Source: Myxococcota bacterium (GTDB taxonomy: Bacteria > Myxococcota_A > UBA9160 > UBA6930). Taken from it: a stretch of DNA of 64,000 nucleotides. Below the pieces are notes generated by a model. It was not told the DNA's origin and searched no databases. It worked only from the letters and a program-made list of their open reading frames with translations. Position numbers and translations under genes: made by a program. Of this stretch, positions 17,637 through 25,869 are shown piece after piece (positions within the stretch are counted from its first letter, which is position 1; each line of letters begins with the position of its first letter). The stretch is from assembly GCA_965223705.1 (NCBI GenBank), contig OZ245015.1:2592001-2656000 (forward strand). Direction: 5' to 3'.

Positions 17637-20600
17637 CTAGGAGCCCGCGTCCGGGTTCACCACGATTCGCGGCGTCACGAAGACCAGGAGTTCCTGACGG
17701 ATATCCCGGATCTCGGTGTTGCGGAACGCCGGTCCGAGGAGCGGGATCTTGTGCAGGTACGGCACCCGCGACTCCCGATCCGACTTCCGGACCACGTAGA
17801 TGCCACCGATGACGAGCGTCTGACCGTCCTTGACGAGCGTTTCCGTCTCCGCCTGGTTCTTGGCGATCGCCGGCGAGCCGGTCGGCGTCGGAACGCTGTC
17901 GTCGGGCGCGTTTCGCTGGACTTCGATGTCCATGATGATCGAGCGATCGGCCGTGATGTGCGGCGTCACCTCGAGCTTCAAGACCGCGTCGATGAACTCG
18001 AGCTTGGCGTCGCCGTTCTCGAACGTCTGGAACGGAATCGACACACCCTGCTCGATCGTCGCCTCGCGATTGTCGAGCGTGACGACCCGCGGACTCGAGA
18101 TGACCTTGCCCTCACCGTTGCTCTCGGCGGCCTCGAGGCGGAGTTCGACGTTGAACTTCTCGTCGAGGATGAATGCGCCGAGGTCGAGCAAGCCGTTCGC
18201 CAGACTCGTGATCGGGTTCGCCACGCTCACATGGTTGAACGTATCGGTGAATCCCGTGAGCGACGGGTTGTTGTGGAACTTCAGGTCCTCACTCCCGATG
18301 TCCTGTCGGATCCCGCTGTCGGCGTCGAATCCGTCGACGAGCGGCTGAGCGCCGAAGGCCCAGGTGCTACCGATCTCGCGCGAGAAGTCGAGGTTCGCTT
18401 CGACGATTTTCGCCTCGATCAGCACCTGCGGTGTCTGCGTGTCGATCGCTTTGACGAGCGCGGTCGCTTCGTCGATCACCGACGGGATGTCCTTCAGGAT
18501 CAACGTGTTGGTGCGCTTGTCGATATCGACGGTGCCGCGCGCTGAAAGCAGGCGCTTCACCATGTCGGACACTTCGTTCACCGCGGCGTAGTTCACGGGC
18601 TGCAGTTTCACGACCAGGTCTTCGAGCTTTTCTTTCGCCCGTCGTTCCTGGAGGCGCGCTTCCTCTTCGGCCTTGAGCAGGTCGAGCGGAGCGATGCGCA
18701 ACACGTTGCCGACGCGGACAAAGCCCAGACCCTTCGTCAAGAGGATCACATCGAGGGCCTGGTCCCAGGGAACATCGACCAATCGAATCGTGACCTGGCC
18801 CTGCACTTCGTCCCCGGCGATGACGTTCAGATCCGACACCTCGGCGATGAGTCGCAGAACGTCCGCGATCTCGACGTCCTTGAAGTCGAGCGAGACGCGA
18901 CGCCCCGTATAGGCCTTGCCCTCGATCAGACCGCCTTCCTGCAGGATGTCGATCGCCTCCATGGGCTCGATGGCCGCGGGAACCGGCTCGGGCATGAGCT
19001 CCGCGTGATTCTGCGCCATCGCCTTGTCGGCCACGTGATGGACCTCGGGCTCCACGGCCGCCGCGCGGTCCGCGGCCGCGAGCATCGGAATGTCGGCCGC
19101 CATCCCCGCCGAATGCGGGAAGTCGAGGAACAGCATCGTGCCCTGCTGCGTGATCTCAGGCGTGACGCCCGGGGCGCGTCGAATGACGATCCGCACCTCG
19201 GGAACTTCCGTCTCCGGCTGCTGGAACGCGCGCACCATGGACACCGCCGCGGGCTCTTCAGGAGCCAGTCGGACGGCCGCTTCGGGATCGATATCCGCGT
19301 GTGCGAGCTGCAGGATCAGCGTGCTGGGATCGGGCTCGAGAACTTCGTAGCGAGCCTGCGAATCCGACAACACCACCACGCGATCGCGATCCGACTGACC
19401 GTCGAACTGAACGCCGTACACGTGGATGCCGGCCCCACTGCGGTGGGCCGCGGCGTCCTCCTCGGGCGTCGCCAGCTCGTCGGCGACGGTGTCGGCGTAC
19501 TCCTCCGCCGGAGCCGGATCGTCCACGAGAGCGTTCGCGTCCTCGGTGAGGGCCCCGGTCGAAGGTTCTTCCGCGAGAAGCGGCTGCGTCTCGTCGCTCG
19601 TCTCCGCGATGAACGCGTCGAAGGAAGCGTCGTCCGTCGCCTCGGTATCCGGAGCGAGTTCGGCCGGGACCGCTTCGTCGAGTTCGTTTGTCGCAAGCTC
19701 GAGACCTTCGTCTTCGAGCGTCAGCGTCGGCGGCGTCTCCGAGAGCTCCGTCGCGTGCTGCGAACCCGCCGCCGCGTGCTCCGAGGGACGGCTACCGCCC
19801 CACGGCCAGTAGGCCGCGTGGGTCGGCGTCGCGTCGCCAATCACCAGCGTCAGGCCCTTCGAGGTCTGCACGAAGCTCGCGGCCTCGAGCTCCTGGCCGT
19901 CGCCGGCGGCGTCGAGCACCACACGGACCTTGTCCGCGTGCTGGCCCACGCGCAGTCGCGCGACCGCATCGGTTCCGACGTCGATCTTGCTGGTCGAGAC
20001 ACCGTTCGTCAGTCCGGGCAGATCCACGACCAATCGCGTCGGATCCGGAATCACGAAGTGGGTCATGTCGGTGATTTCGCCGTCCGCCCACAAGGTCACC
20101 AGCGTGCCGCTGTCCTGGCCGGCGGCTTCGATCCCCGTAAGCTTCTGTGCGGGATCGGCAGAGGCGGGAAACCCTCCTCCACCTTCACCGACGAAGGTCA
20201 TCTCTTCCGGCGAGTCGCCGTAGGTCGTTCCCGACGAGGCCAGGTCGCTCACCGAGTCGGCGTCGTAGCCCGCCTCGGCGGCGTCATTTGCCGCCAGCCC
20301 GGCACTCGCGCCTTCGCTCTGCCACACCCGCAGCTCGAAGCGATCGCCGAGGCCTTCGACGTCGTACTCGACCTCGGTCGCCAAGGTCACCTCGAGTCGG
20401 GTGCGCGGCTCCGCGCCCGGTGCGGTCAGGGTCTCGAGCGTCACGTCTTCGATCAGGCCGTCGTAGATGGCCATCGAGTCGACGATGTCGCCCACCGCAA
20501 CTCCGGGAAGATCGACCACCAACCGGTCCGGCGCGTGCTGCCGGAACGCGGTGTAGATCGGATCCGCCAGGCCGACCAGCTGCACGGTCGTGATGTCGCC

Positions 20601-20795
20601 GTCGCGATCGACCAGGACATCCTCAATGGTGCCGGCCAGCTCGGGCAATTCGGGTTCGGTCGCTTCACCGTAAGTCGGCTCGGGCGGAGCGGGCGCCGGA
20701 TTCGGGCCGTTCGCACAGGCAACGAATGCCATTAGCGCAGCTCCGCCGAGGAGCAGCGCTCCCCGCAACGTGTTGCTTCGTACCATCGAGCTCAC
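17637..20795 (-). CDS. pilQ: Type IV pilus secretin with AMIN domains
   Basis: RLVVDL AMIN repeats, YTGRRVSLDFKD N0, VPWDQALD, QVLIEAKIVE secretin core, ELLVFVTPRI end; lipobox-like FVAC. Confidence 0.95.
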   Translation of the reverse strand: MSSMVRSNTLRGALLLGGAALMAFVACANGPNPAPAPPEPTYGEATEPELPELAGTIEDVLVDRDGDITTVQLVGLADPIYTAFRQHAPDRLVVDLPGVAVGDIVDSMAIYDGLIEDVTLETLTAPGAEPRTRLEVTLATEVEYDVEGLGDRFELRVWQSEGASAGLAANDAAEAGYDADSVSDLASSGTTYGDSPEEMTFVGEGGGGFPASADPAQKLTGIEAAGQDSGTLVTLWADGEITDMTHFVIPDPTRLVVDLPGLTNGVSTSKIDVGTDAVARLRVGQHADKVRVVLDAAGDGQELEAASFVQTSKGLTLVIGDATPTHAAYWPWGGSRPSEHAAAGSQHATELSETPPTLTLEDEGLELATNELDEAVPAELAPDTEATDDASFDAFIAETSDETQPLLAEEPSTGALTEDANALVDDPAPAEEYADTVADELATPEEDAAAHRSGAGIHVYGVQFDGQSDRDRVVVLSDSQARYEVLEPDPSTLILQLAHADIDPEAAVRLAPEEPAAVSMVRAFQQPETEVPEVRIVIRRAPGVTPEITQQGTMLFLDFPHSAGMAADIPMLAAADRAAAVEPEVHHVADKAMAQNHAELMPEPVPAAIEPMEAIDILQEGGLIEGKAYTGRRVSLDFKDVEIADVLRLIAEVSDLNVIAGDEVQGQVTIRLVDVPWDQALDVILLTKGLGFVRVGNVLRIAPLDLLKAEEEARLQERRAKEKLEDLVVKLQPVNYAAVNEVSDMVKRLLSARGTVDIDKRTNTLILKDIPSVIDEATALVKAIDTQTPQVLIEAKIVEANLDFSREIGSTWAFGAQPLVDGFDADSGIRQDIGSEDLKFHNNPSLTGFTDTFNHVSVANPITSLANGLLDLGAFILDEKFNVELRLEAAESNGEGKVISSPRVVTLDNREATIEQGVSIPFQTFENGDAKLEFIDAVLKLEVTPHITADRSIIMDIEVQRNAPDDSVPTPTGSPAIAKNQAETETLVKDGQTLVIGGIYVVRKSDRESRVPYLHKIPLLGPAFRNTEIRDIRQELLVFVTPRIVVNPDAGS

Positions 20796-21367
20796 CCTCC
20801 CTCGCTCTGGCGGACGCGTACTTCGATCTCTTTCGTGGTGCGAGCTCCGACGTAGTCTACGTAGGTCTCTACCACGCGCATCGAGTTATCCCCGATCGCG
20901 ACAATTTCACCGTCGTTCTTACCAATGGGATCGCCGGTCCGCACCACGTAGGATTGGCCCGACGGATCCGTCACCAAGGCCCGCGGGTTGTCGGTTTCCC
21001 AAACAACGCCGAGGAGTTGAAGTTGTGCGAGATCGAACTGCTCGAGGGGGCCTTTCGCCTCTTCGGAATCCTCGTTGATTCGATCCAACACGAACGAACG
21101 GAACGGGTCGCGCTTGCCGATCGGGTCGTAGGTGTAACCCGCTTCGATCGCGCCCAATCCTTCGACCCCTTCGTTCTCCGCAGCCGGATTCTTTGGAATC
21201 CGCGTACCCGCTGTCGGGTCGGCCTGGCGCTCCGCGATGAGCGCGGCGCGCTTCTCTTGGTAGTCGCTCGCGGTCGGCCCCGTCGACTGCTTCTGACACG
21301 CCACCGCGAACGCAGCGACAAGCAGAACCGCGACGAGACCGCCGGTTTGATGCAATCGGATTACCAT
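20792..21367 (-). CDS. pilP: Type IV pilus lipoprotein PilP
   Basis: Lipobox AVAC; YDPIGKRDPF; PLEQFDLAQL..G. Confidence 0.93.
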   Translation of the reverse strand: MVIRLHQTGGLVAVLLVAAFAVACQKQSTGPTASDYQEKRAALIAERQADPTAGTRIPKNPAAENEGVEGLGAIEAGYTYDPIGKRDPFRSFVLDRINEDSEEAKGPLEQFDLAQLQLLGVVWETDNPRALVTDPSGQSYVVRTGDPIGKNDGEIVAIGDNSMRVVETYVDYVGARTTKEIEVRVRQSEGG

Positions 21368-21370
21368 CTC

Positions 21371-22000
21371 TTACCCCTGCCCCGGAACCGCACCCGCTGC
21401 GGGTGCGGCCTTGTTCTCGAGGAAGCGAAATGTCCTGGCTTCACCTTTCACGTGAAGCGTGGTCGTCACCGAGTCTTCCTGATGGATGGTCATGTCGAGC
21501 TTGCCGACGTTGACGATCCGCGGAAGCCGCGAAATCTCGTCGAAGAAGCGCACCACGTCGTGGAAGTTGCCGGTGAATTCGATCTCGATCGGCACTTCGG
21601 CGTAGAAATCTCGATGGTTCTCGGGGGTCGGCCTGAAAGCCTTGAAGTCGAGGCCCGCGTTTTTTCCGAGACTCGAAATGTCGGTCAGGAGAACCGGAAG
21701 CTCCTTGCTGTTCGGAAGCTGCCGCACCGCGACCGCGAGCTTCGCCTCGAGCTCCGCCAGTGTGGCTTCGTAGCTCTCGATGTTCTCGGCGACGGCCTGA
21801 ACTTCCCGAAGCTTGCGCTGCAGGTTCTGCTGCTGCCCGCGAACCCCCATCAGGGTTTGTTTCGCCGGCATGTACGAGAAGTACACATACCCGCCGAGTA
21901 CGACGACAGCGATCGCGGGCGCGAGCGCCATCTGGTACGCCTTCGGCAGTTTGCCGAGCTTGTCGAAAGCGCCCGATAGCTGATCGAGATTGAGATCCAT
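21371..22000 (-). CDS. pilO: Type IV pilus assembly protein PilO
   Basis: TM + coiled coil; QLPNSKELPVLL, FYAEVPI, LPRIVNV. Confidence 0.93.
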   Translation of the reverse strand: MDLNLDQLSGAFDKLGKLPKAYQMALAPAIAVVVLGGYVYFSYMPAKQTLMGVRGQQQNLQRKLREVQAVAENIESYEATLAELEAKLAVAVRQLPNSKELPVLLTDISSLGKNAGLDFKAFRPTPENHRDFYAEVPIEIEFTGNFHDVVRFFDEISRLPRIVNVGKLDMTIHQEDSVTTTLHVKGEARTFRFLENKAAPAAGAVPGQG

Positions 22001-22009
22001 CGCGACCCC

Positions 22010-22582
22010 CTAGTTCTGGCTCGAGGCGACCGTACTGGTGCCCGCCATCTGTGCCCGGGCGCGAACCCGAAACTCGTTCAACCGGAAGCCGCCGACGTCC
22101 GTCGCCTCCGTCGCTTCGAGTTCTACGTCCTGAAAGAAAGGCGAACTCGACAGCGACGTCATGAACGCAGCGACGAGTTCGTTGTCGAGGCTCAATCCTT
22201 CGATCCCGATCCCGTTCTCGGAGTGTTCAAACTTCGTGAGCCACAACCGGTCGGGAATATGCGTCGCGATCTCGTCGAAGACGCGGACCGGACCGCTTCG
22301 CGACTCGTCGAGCTCCGCAATCACGCCGAGCTTGTGCTCGATGGCGGCCTTCTTCTTCTTGAACGCTTCGACCTGATCGAGCTGCGGCTTCAACCGGTCG
22401 ATCTCGGCCTGCGTGCGCGTCAGCGATGCCCGCGCGGCACTCAGATCGGAGCGCATCTTCATGAAGTGCAACGCTGCGAGCGCGACACTGCCGGCCAGGG
22501 TCACGGCCAGCATGACGACCAACTGTCGCTGGCCGGCCTTTCGTTTCGCTTCGCGAATCGGGAGTAGATTGATCTCGAGCAT
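22010..22582 (-). CDS. pilN: Type IV pilus assembly protein PilN
   Basis: N-terminal INLLP PilM-binding motif, TM, coiled coil; ATG overlaps pilM TGA. Confidence 0.93.
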   Translation of the reverse strand: MLEINLLPIREAKRKAGQRQLVVMLAVTLAGSVALAALHFMKMRSDLSAARASLTRTQAEIDRLKPQLDQVEAFKKKKAAIEHKLGVIAELDESRSGPVRVFDEIATHIPDRLWLTKFEHSENGIGIEGLSLDNELVAAFMTSLSSSPFFQDVELEATEATDVGGFRLNEFRVRARAQMAGTSTVASSQN

Positions 22583-23649
22583 CAGACGTCCATCCTTCGC
22601 ATCGCGAGACCGACACACACACCCAGAGACGGAGCGATTTCGTCGAGCTCATCGGGGTTCCACTTACTGGACGAGATCATTCGGGCGAGCGGGTTGAGCC
22701 GCTCCACCGGAATGTTGGTCTTGCCCTGGAAGGCGGCGTCGAGCCCGGAAACGCGACAGCCGCCGCCGGACAGGATGATCCGGTTGATTTCACTTTCGGC
22801 GGAGGTCGCGGAGTAGAAGTCGAGCGAGCGCGTAATTTCCCCGATCAGGTTGTCGGTCACGCCGCGCATCGCCTGTTCGACTTCCGCAGGGACGACTTCC
22901 TGACTCTCGGTTCCGGCGGCGCCGCCGATCTTGATCTGCTCGGCTTCGTCGAACCCGATCGACAACGCCTTTTGGATCTCCTCGGTGTAGGCCTGCCCGC
23001 CGGTCGTCATGTCTCGCGTGAACACCGGAATCCCGTCGCAGACGATGTTGATGTTGACGACCTGCGCCCCGATGTTGACCAGCGCAGCGGTTTCCCCGGC
23101 CGCCGGCTCGAACGCGTATTCGTAAGCGTTCTCCACTGCGAAGGCGGCGACATCGAGAACCGCGGGCGTCAAGCCGGCGTCCGCAATCACCTGGGTGTAG
23201 TCGTCGATCAAATCCTTCTTGGCCGCAACGAGGAGCACTTCCATCTGCTCTTCGGCGTCGGCGTGCCGCACGATCTGGAAATCGAGGTTGACTTCGTTGA
23301 TGTCGAACGGGATGTACTGTTCGGCTTCCCAACGGATGGATTCTTCGAGCTCGTCCTCCGACATCTCGGGCAAGCTGATTTTCTTGACGATGACAGCGTG
23401 TCCCGAGATCGCGGTGGCGGCCTGCTTCGCTTTGATCCCCGCCGTGTCGACGGCCTCGCGAATCGCCTCGACGATCGCGCCCGAATTCAGGAACGCTCCC
23501 TGGACAATCGCCTCCGCCGGCAACGGGGCGATCCCCATGTGCAGGAGCTCGAGACCCTTCGGCTTGATGGCGATCTCCATCGCCTTGACGGAAGAGGATC
23601 CGATATCGAGCCCGACGATCGAACTGGATCGCGAAAAAGGCAGCTTCAT
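22582..23649 (-). CDS. pilM: Type IV pilus assembly protein PilM (actin-like)
   Basis: VGLDIGSSSVK, EAEQYIPFDI, LVAAKK, ILSGG, VGLAMR. Confidence 0.96.
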   Translation of the reverse strand: MKLPFSRSSSIVGLDIGSSSVKAMEIAIKPKGLELLHMGIAPLPAEAIVQGAFLNSGAIVEAIREAVDTAGIKAKQAATAISGHAVIVKKISLPEMSEDELEESIRWEAEQYIPFDINEVNLDFQIVRHADAEEQMEVLLVAAKKDLIDDYTQVIADAGLTPAVLDVAAFAVENAYEYAFEPAAGETAALVNIGAQVVNINIVCDGIPVFTRDMTTGGQAYTEEIQKALSIGFDEAEQIKIGGAAGTESQEVVPAEVEQAMRGVTDNLIGEITRSLDFYSATSAESEINRIILSGGGCRVSGLDAAFQGKTNIPVERLNPLARMISSSKWNPDELDEIAPSLGVCVGLAMRRMDV

Positions 23650-23667
23650 GGCGGCTCGCTCCTTGCC

Positions 23668-23937
23668 CTACGCGCTTTCCGCGCGCGGGGAACCTTCCTG
23701 GTGAGTGGGCGATCGCGGCACGTCGTGCGCGCCGTCCTCGGGATTCCCGAACACGCGCGGTCCGTCGGACACCTTCATGTCGAGCGCGTGCAAAATTTTC
23801 CGCTTCGTATCCAGACGACACGGCCGTCCGGCTTCGATCCGGTCGATCGTCAACGTTGAGAGACCCGCTTTCCGAGCCAGCTCAGCCTTGCTGAGCATCT
23901 GTGCTTCGCGGAAGCGCTGAAGATTGTTTTGAGGCAA
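23668..23937 (-). CDS. Small XRE-family HTH protein leading the pilM operon
   Basis: NNLQRFRE..MLSKAELARKAGLSTLTIDRIEAG..CRLDTKRKI; TTG start with GGAGGG RBS. Confidence 0.8.
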   Translation of the reverse strand: MPQNNLQRFREAQMLSKAELARKAGLSTLTIDRIEAGRPCRLDTKRKILHALDMKVSDGPRVFGNPEDGAHDVPRSPTHQEGSPRAESA

Positions 23938-23981
23938 CTCGCACCCCTCCCCGGGGGCATCCAACCCCCGTTGCTTCCCGG

Positions 23982-24009
23982 ACATCGGCCTCTCGGAGTT
24001 GCAACTTGA
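23982..24009 (-). promoter_or_regulatory. Sigma28-like promoter upstream of HTH-pilMNOPQ
   Basis: TCAA-N16-GCCGATGT on minus strand. Confidence 0.65.
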
Positions 24010-24107
24010 GGCACAGAAACTCGCAACCAACGCTCCCGAGCTGGCAGCGTTCCGCCGACTCACCTCGGGGCCGCAAAGGACCGAAAAGCCGCCTGAAGGA
24101 GGTCGGC

Positions 24108-25478
24108 TTGGCGGAGCGGATCTTGATCGTGGACGACGACGACAGCCTCCGGGAAAGCCTGGAGCTCGTTCTCGCCGCCGAAGGCTACGAAGTGAGCGCG
24201 GCCGCGAACGGGGCCGAGGCCCTGGAAATCGCACTTTCGGTCTGCCCCGAGATCGTGCTTTGTGACTTGCGCATGCCCGGGATGGACGGCTTGGAACTGC
24301 TTCCCGAGCTCGGTCAGCGCCTCCCGGAAGCGACCCTCATCATGATGTCGGCGTACGGCTCTGCCGACCTGGCCGTCGAAGCGATGCAGCGCGGCGCCTA
24401 CGACTACGTGGCAAAGCCGTTCAATCCGAGCGAAGTGCTGCTCGTCCTGCGAAAAGCCCGCGAGCGGGAACGCCTGCGTCGCTCCCACGCCTTGCTTCAG
24501 CGCGATCTCGAGCGCCGGGGCGCCGGAGAGGCCGTGGTCGCCGCAGCGCCGGCGATGCGGGAAGTCCTCGAGCTCACGACCCGCGCGGCGGGCTACAAAG
24601 CCACGGTGCTGCTCACCGGCGAAAGTGGAACCGGCAAGGAAGTCCTCGCCCGCGCTGTGCATTCGGGCTCGCCGCGATCCGAGCAGGCGTTCGTCCCGAT
24701 CAACTGCGGCGCGATCCCGGAGAACCTGCTCGAAAGCGAGCTCTTCGGCCACAGCCGCGGCGCCTTCACGGGCGCCGACCGGGCGCGGCGTGGGCTGTTC
24801 GTAGAAGCCGATCGCGGCACGATTTTCCTCGACGAGATCGGTGAGCTTCCCCTTCCCCTCCAGGTCAAGCTCCTGCGCGTTCTCCAAGAGGAGGAAGTCC
24901 GACCGGTGGGAGATTCAAAAGCCCGTAGCGTCGACGTGCGGGTGATCGCCGCCACGGCGCGGGACCTCCAGGCCGACGTCGCCGCGGGTCGCTTTCGCGA
25001 GGACCTCTTCTATCGCTTGAACGTCGTACACATCGAGGTGCCGCCGCTCCGCGAACGTCCCGAGGATATTCCCGTGCTCGCGGGCCACTTTCTGACCCTC
25101 ATGACAGGCCGACTCGGGAGACCTGACCTCCGTTTCAGCGATGAAGCCCTGCAGTTGCTGTGTGCTTACCACTGGCCGGGGAACGTTCGAGAGCTCGAGA
25201 ACACCGTCGAACGCGCGGTCATTCTCGCGGACGGCGACGAGATCGACCTGTCGAGCCTCCCGAAAGAACTCCACGGGGCCGGGTCCTCGGAAGCTTCGGC
25301 GCCGTCCGGCCCGGGAGATCTCTCGCTCAAGAAGGCGCGGCGCGATCTCGAGATCGAGCTGATTCGCCGCGCCCTCGACCGCACCGGCGGCAATCGCACC
25401 CACGCCGCCAAAGAGCTCGGAATCAGCCACCGGGCCTTGCTCTATAAGCTCAAAGACTACGAGCTGGGCGACGCCTGA
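24108..25478 (+). CDS. Sigma54-dependent response regulator (NtrC family, PilR2-like)
   Basis: Receiver (IVDDD, DLRMPG, KPF), [24 protein letters not shown], Fis HTH; TTG start after GAAGGAGG. Confidence 0.93.
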   Translation: MAERILIVDDDDSLRESLELVLAAEGYEVSAAANGAEALEIALSVCPEIVLCDLRMPGMDGLELLPELGQRLPEATLIMMSAYGSADLAVEAMQRGAYDYVAKPFNPSEVLLVLRKARERERLRRSHALLQRDLERRGAGEAVVAAAPAMREVLELTTRAAGYKATVLLTGESGTGKEVLARAVHSGSPRSEQAFVPINCGAIPENLLESELFGHSRGAFTGADRARRGLFVEADRGTIFLDEIGELPLPLQVKLLRVLQEEEVRPVGDSKARSVDVRVIAATARDLQADVAAGRFREDLFYRLNVVHIEVPPLRERPEDIPVLAGHFLTLMTGRLGRPDLRFSDEALQLLCAYHWPGNVRELENTVERAVILADGDEIDLSSLPKELHGAGSSEASAPSGPGDLSLKKARRDLEIELIRRALDRTGGNRTHAAKELGISHRALLYKLKDYELGDA

Positions 25479-25519
25479 GCGCGGCCCAGCTCGCTGGGTT
25501 CATCGGATCCCGGGGCCCG

Positions 25520-25855
25520 CTAGTCCACGTTGCCGTGAATGACGCGGATCGATCGTGCGACGAGCGCTCCGTTGACATCGTCGGCTTCGAACTCGATCGC
25601 CTCGTCCCCCACCGTCTTGTAGCCGTGCGCGAATTTCGCTCCCGACGGCAACTCCTCGAAAGTAAGCAAGGAGCCGTCCTTGTCGCGGATGACGGTCGTC
25701 GGGCTGACGACGAGCCAGGTTGTCCCGTTCAGCAGCAGGCTCCGATTGCTCGCGTTTTTCTCGAGGATCACGCCGACGCCCTCGACAGCCCAAGCTGCTC
25801 CGGGCAGCAGCGAGATCCATCCCGCCAGTACCAGTAGTTTCATTGCGCGTCTCAT
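25520..25855 (-). CDS. Small secreted beta-rich protein (DUF5666-like) downstream of pilY1
   Basis: Signal peptide ending AWA; pattern G.I......L..NG......PTTVI.D......L..G...VE. Confidence 0.6.
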   Translation of the reverse strand: MRRAMKLLVLAGWISLLPGAAWAVEGVGVILEKNASNRSLLLNGTTWLVVSPTTVIRDKDGSLLTFEELPSGAKFAHGYKTVGDEAIEFEADDVNGALVARSIRVIHGNVD

Positions 25856-25869
25856 GCGGTTCTCCTCGC

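Noticed and set aside
19005..20735. Long antisense or alternative-frame ORFs (e.g. 19005-20735, 27082-28686, 29366-30970, 36337-38052, 61363-63051)
   Set aside because: Shadow ORFs typical of high-GC DNA, overlapping well-supported genes and lacking recognisable motifs.
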